A model generated the notes under the pieces. It ran no database searches. It was not told where the DNA came from and saw only the letters and a program-made list of their open reading frames with translations. Position numbers and translations under genes: made by a program. 64,000 nt of DNA from Eledone cirrhosa (Eukaryota): positions 30,814,001 to 30,878,000 of the forward strand of contig OZ024741.1 in NCBI GenBank assembly GCA_964016885.1, in the 5' to 3' direction. This document shows positions 59,370 through 64,000 of this stretch, one piece after another; within the stretch, counting starts at the first letter, position 1, and each line of letters begins with the position of its first letter.

Positions 59370-59580
59370 AAAATAATAGATTAAAGTTTAAGCAAAGAAT
59401 CGCTGATTTCACTCTTAACAGGATCTTCAGAAGATCCCGTTAAGGGTGAAAGCAGCGATTCTTTGCTTAAATTTTAATCCGTTATCTTAATAAATATTTG
59501 CTCTACGGTTCTTATATATTTGATATACATTTATCCTTATCGAGCCCTCGTTGGATGTTAGTCTTCAAATTTATTATTAT
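59370..59580 (+). mobile_element. family E fold-back element with partial hammerhead
   Basis: Palindrome 59370-59490 centred on tcttc-ag-aaga, containing GAAGA tccc gttaa gggt GAAA. Homologues at 54438 and 63313. Confidence 0.65.
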
Positions 59581-59592
59581 ATATATATTTAT

Positions 59593-59682
<90 letters not shown>

Positions 59683-60032
59683 GAGCTTCCTGGATAGTGG
59701 AGATATTACATTTATTGAGGGTGATAGAAAATTATGAGTGAGTATGCAAATGAGTGTCCGAAAGGTTGAAGAGATAACGGTTTATTTAAATTAAACTGTT
59801 GGAAGAAGGTGATATGTGAGGCAGAGAGAAAAAAAAGAAGAAAGAAATGAGAAAGATAGAAGAGGAAAGAAAGGACGATTATATATAATTTGACAGTGAA
59901 AATAGCGTGCATGAAGAGAAGAGTTTCAAAGGATAAATACAGCGCAAGTATATTTACGTGAGAGTAGAAATGAAGAAATGAGAATAGCGTGGAAGAGTAA
60001 TATTTATAATGCATATACATACATATATATAT

Positions 60033-60257
<225 letters not shown>

Positions 60258-60855
60258 TTAGTACGGCTGTTACTTAAATATAAGTATGTATACGTACATA
60301 CATATATGTATACAGAGGTACAGTAGTATGTATATATATACATACATGCACACCTATATATATATGTACGTATTAATTCACCGAACATTTATTATAATGC
60401 TCGGTCTGTTTGTATCAAATATCCCGCATTAAGCCGTACAGTGTCTAGCAACCATCGTTGCTCATTTGTTAAACACTGACAAAGGAACGCTGTACAATTT
60501 TCAAGTTTATTAGCTATCGTCAGCAACGTATACCTTCCTGCCAGATGATTGAACGTCTGAAAGTATATACTTTCCTTATGCATATTAACGGCTGAGCAGG
60601 CTAATTTGCATATCGAATGAGTTAATCGGCCAGGCCCACCGAAAACGATAAGCGGAAAAAATGAAACGAAATTTCATTTCTCACTCTTAGTACGGCTGGT
60701 ACTTAAATATAACTATGTATACGTACATACATATATGTATACAGACGTACATAGATATATGTATACACTCGATATGCAATTTAGGCTGTTCAGCCGTTAA
60801 TATGCATAAGGAAATTATATACTTTCAGACGTTCAATCATCTGGCAAGAAGGCAT

Positions 60856-60898
60856 ACGTTGCTGACGATAGCTAATAAGCTTGAAACTAGTACAGTGT
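60856..60898 (+). ncRNA. family B hammerhead
   Basis: acgttg CTGACGA tagctaataagctt GAAA CTAG TA cagtgt. Confidence 0.78.
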
Positions 60899-61281
60899 TC
60901 CTTTGTCAGTGTTGAACAAATGAGCAACGATTGTTGCTTGACACTGTACGGCTTAATTCGGTATGTTTGTTTACAAACACACCGAGCATTATAATAAATG
61001 TTCGGTGAATCCATACGTACATATATGTGTGTGCATGTATATATATATATACATACTACTGTACCTCTGTATACATATATGTATGTACGTATACATACTT
61101 ATATTTAAATAACAGCCGTACTAAGAGTCAGTAATGACATTTCGTTTCATTTTTTCCGTTTATCGTTTTCGGTGCGCCCGGCCGATTAACTCACTCGATA
61201 TGCAATTTAGGCTGCTCATCCGTTAATATGCATAAGGAAAGTATATACTTTCAGACGTTCAATCATCTGGCAGGAAGGTAT

Positions 61282-61324
61282 ACGCTGCTGACGATAGCTA
61301 ATAAGCTTGAAACTAGTACAGCGT
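61282..61324 (+). ncRNA. family B hammerhead (best copy)
   Basis: acgctg CTGACGA t-agct-aata-agct-t GAAA CTAG TA cagcgt, with a perfect 6-bp stem I. Predicted cleavage after 61318. Confidence 0.87.
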
Positions 61325-61431
61325 TCCTTTGTCAGTGTTGAACAAATGAGTAATGATGGTTGCTAGACATTGTACGGCTTAATTCGGGATGTTTGTTTAC
61401 AAACACACCGAGCATTATATATATATATATA

Positions 61432-61839
61432 CAAAAATATGGGTTGAGGAAGGCGAGGCTGTGTGGTTACTGATAAAGAGTCGTAGAAGGTAGGGCTTCA
61501 CAAACAAGAGATGGACAGTTTCCCTTCGTCAGCTGTTTACTATGGGTCATGGATGTTTCGGCGCATGATAAACAGAATATCAATACATAGCGCGCCCATG
61601 GCCTTTTATCTATGAAAACGCCATGATTGAAAGAAGTGAGAGCGAAGAGAGAGAAAGAAAGAGAAAAAGGGAAGAAGAAATAAAGGGAAAAACGAAGATA
61701 AAAGGGAGAACACAGGACAATGGCACATGTAAGTGATCAATGTTTTGTTTATAATGCGCCTAAACATTCATGATCCGTACTAAACAGCTGACGAAGCGAA
61801 ACTTTCCATCTCTTGTGTGTTGCCTTACCTTCTAACACT
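61432..61839. mobile_element. inverted-repeat element (family D) in a TA tract
   Basis: About 61484-61585 is inverted relative to about 61730-61834, with a purine-rich spacer. CTGACGA-agc-GAAAC at 61788-61802. Confidence 0.6.
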
Positions 61840-61862
61840 ATATATATATATATATATATATA

Positions 61863-62010
61863 TAGGAACGAGTAGGACCCCGACGGCTGAGCTCAAGCCG
61901 TTTCGACGGCTAATTCTGGACTACTCGTTCCTATTACCCACTCTACTACCCTAAGTATTGAGTACTTTGGTGCGTTATGGTCCACTTGGTTCCTTACCAC
62001 ATTTCCTCCG

Positions 62011-62012
<2 letters not shown>
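61863..62012 (+). mobile_element. family A element with internal deletion
   Basis: Nearly identical to 1640-1841 but lacking the second palindrome arm (the equivalent of about 1698-1749). Confidence 0.85.
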
Positions 62013-62054
<42 letters not shown>

Positions 62055-62128
62055 ACTTAATACCTACTGGAATATCTATATCATTTATATATATATATAT
62101 ATATATATATAGCCTGACATATATATAT

Positions 62129-63245
62129 AGAAGCCTGACATTCGCAGCAAACGGGGCCCTCTCAAAGGAAACATCAATAACAAGTGGGGTGCCCCAAGGG
62201 ACAGTCCTGGGACCACTACTTCTTTTGGTGGTTCTCTCAGACATGACATCTGTAGTACTTACAACAACATCCCTCACTAGCTATGCTGATGACACTAAGG
62301 TAGCACAAGCTATAAAGAACCCGTCTGACGCTGCCCTTTTACAACAAGATCTGGATGCCATAAACAAATGGGCGGAAGAAAACAACATGCAGTTTAATGC
62401 TGGCAAATTCCAAGCCCTTCAATACAAATCTGAAAACACAAATTTGGTACAACACAGTTACGCAGGACTAGGAGGGACCGATATCCCCGTGTCAAAATCG
62501 ATACAAGACCTGGGTATAGACTTTAGCGATGATGCATCTTTTTGCTCACACATCATGAAAGTGGGGACAATGTGCAGACGACTCGCTGGCTGGATCTTGA
62601 GGACTTTTTGGACAAGAGACCGAGACACTATGTTGACACTATGGAGGACATTTGTCCTAAGCCGCCGGGACTATTGCTCCCAGTTGTGGTCACCCCATAG
62701 TGTCAAACTAACCACGGAGCTTGAGGCAATCCAGCGAAGCTACACCAAGAGGATTGCCACGATGAAGGAGATAAACTACTGGGAGAGGCTAAAAGAACTG
62801 AACCTCTACTCCTTGGAACGAAGACGGGAGTGATACGCAGTGATCTACATGTGGAAAATCCTGGAGGGACTAGCACCAAACTTTGGCATTAGGAGCTGGA
62901 CCAACCTTCGAACAGGACTTCACTGTGTGGTGCCAAAGGTGCCGTCTTCCACATGTAGAATAAGTAGCAGATATCGTAATAGTCTGGGATTCAAGGGCCC
63001 TCAACTCTTCAACAAGCTGCCGAGGTGTGGAGGTGGATGTCTTCAAGAAACATCTCGAAACCTTGCTATCCAGGATCCCGGATGAGCCCACAGCAAGGCA
63101 CGCGGGAAACCTAAGGGCAGCAGCAACAAACTCCCGCTTACACCAGTGGTCAACCAATGAAGCTGGAGATAAAATGTGTAGCAACAAGAGGGGTGCCCAG
63201 CATGGGCTCAGCCGGATGGCTGGAAGAGGTAATTGAGTAAAAGAG

Positions 63246-63248
<3 letters not shown>
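62129..63248 (+). mobile_element. 5'-truncated CR1-group LINE (RT C-terminal half and 3' end)
   Basis: SGVPQGTVLGPLL, YADDTK, LQQDLD..KWAEENNMQFN, DYCSQLWSP, SLERRRE, then a premature stop and frameshift. gagtaa repeats at the end. Confidence 0.9.
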
Positions 63249-63305
<57 letters not shown>

Positions 63306-63312
63306 TTATTTA

Positions 63313-63425
63313 TTTATTAAAATAACAGATTAAAATTTAAGCAAAGAACCGCTGCTTTCACCCTTAACGGGATCTTCTGAAACTTATCGAACCCTCTTTG
63401 GATTTTAGTCTTCACAATTATTATC
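63313..63425 (+). mobile_element. family E copy with internal deletion
   Basis: Left arm of 59370-59430 joined to the tail at about 59537-59578. Confidence 0.72.
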
Positions 63426-63521
<96 letters not shown>

Positions 63522-63538
63522 TACATTTATATATATAT

Positions 63539-63651
<113 letters not shown>

Positions 63652-64000
63652 AATATGTATATATATAGATTTATATATATGCAGAACCCCTTCTTAATGC
63701 CATTAAGTGTCTCCCCACAAATAAGTATCACATCAATCGAAAGGTGCCCTACCAGACGGTGTGTAATTGTATTTTATAACCCAATTAAGTTGGACAATAT
63801 AATTCTGATTTACCTCAGATCTATTTTGTTTGCGAGATATTATTTTTCTTCTTTTGCCAAGCACTACGTTTAGTAGTGTATTTATTGAGAATATATCATT
63901 TCTACTTAGCTGTAACGATAAACATTGGATACAGTATTATTTATTGACATATCTGACTTTCAAATAAGAAAAAAATCGGCGCCATTATTAAACAGATTGA

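Larger units (their letters stand above)
60258..61419. mobile_element. family B: one antisense unit plus about 1.5 tandem sense units
   Basis: HHRs at 60487-60529 (minus, decayed), 60856-60898 and 61282-61324. Tandem period 426 bp. Confidence 0.9.

Overview
AT-rich, gene-free animal genomic DNA. The repeat inventory (tRNA-derived SINE families, RTE/CR1 LINEs, very long (TA)n tracts) suggests a cephalopod, probably octopus; this is inference. No host protein-coding gene can be supported, and nearly all listed ORFs are microsatellite or antisense artefacts. The window is a mosaic of microsatellites, a 19-bp minisatellite, SINEs, decayed LINEs, a tandem non-autonomous Helitron and several Penelope-like elements (PLEs, Naiad-type RT/GIY-YIG). 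The main signal is hidden from the ORF track. Many (TA)n tracts hold small fold-back or tandem elements carrying minimal type I hammerhead ribozyme (HHR) motifs. Six unrelated families give a complete or near-complete fold by eye and several more give partial folds. They include two non-coding retrozyme-like families (426-bp and 319-bp units, circularly permuted ends, stem covariation), two families with the compensatory U3-A8 core variant, and families whose 5' inversion seems to have folded back at the ribozyme itself. A near full-length RTE LINE shows a clean twin-priming-type inversion. All folds were read by eye and none is computationally or experimentally verified.
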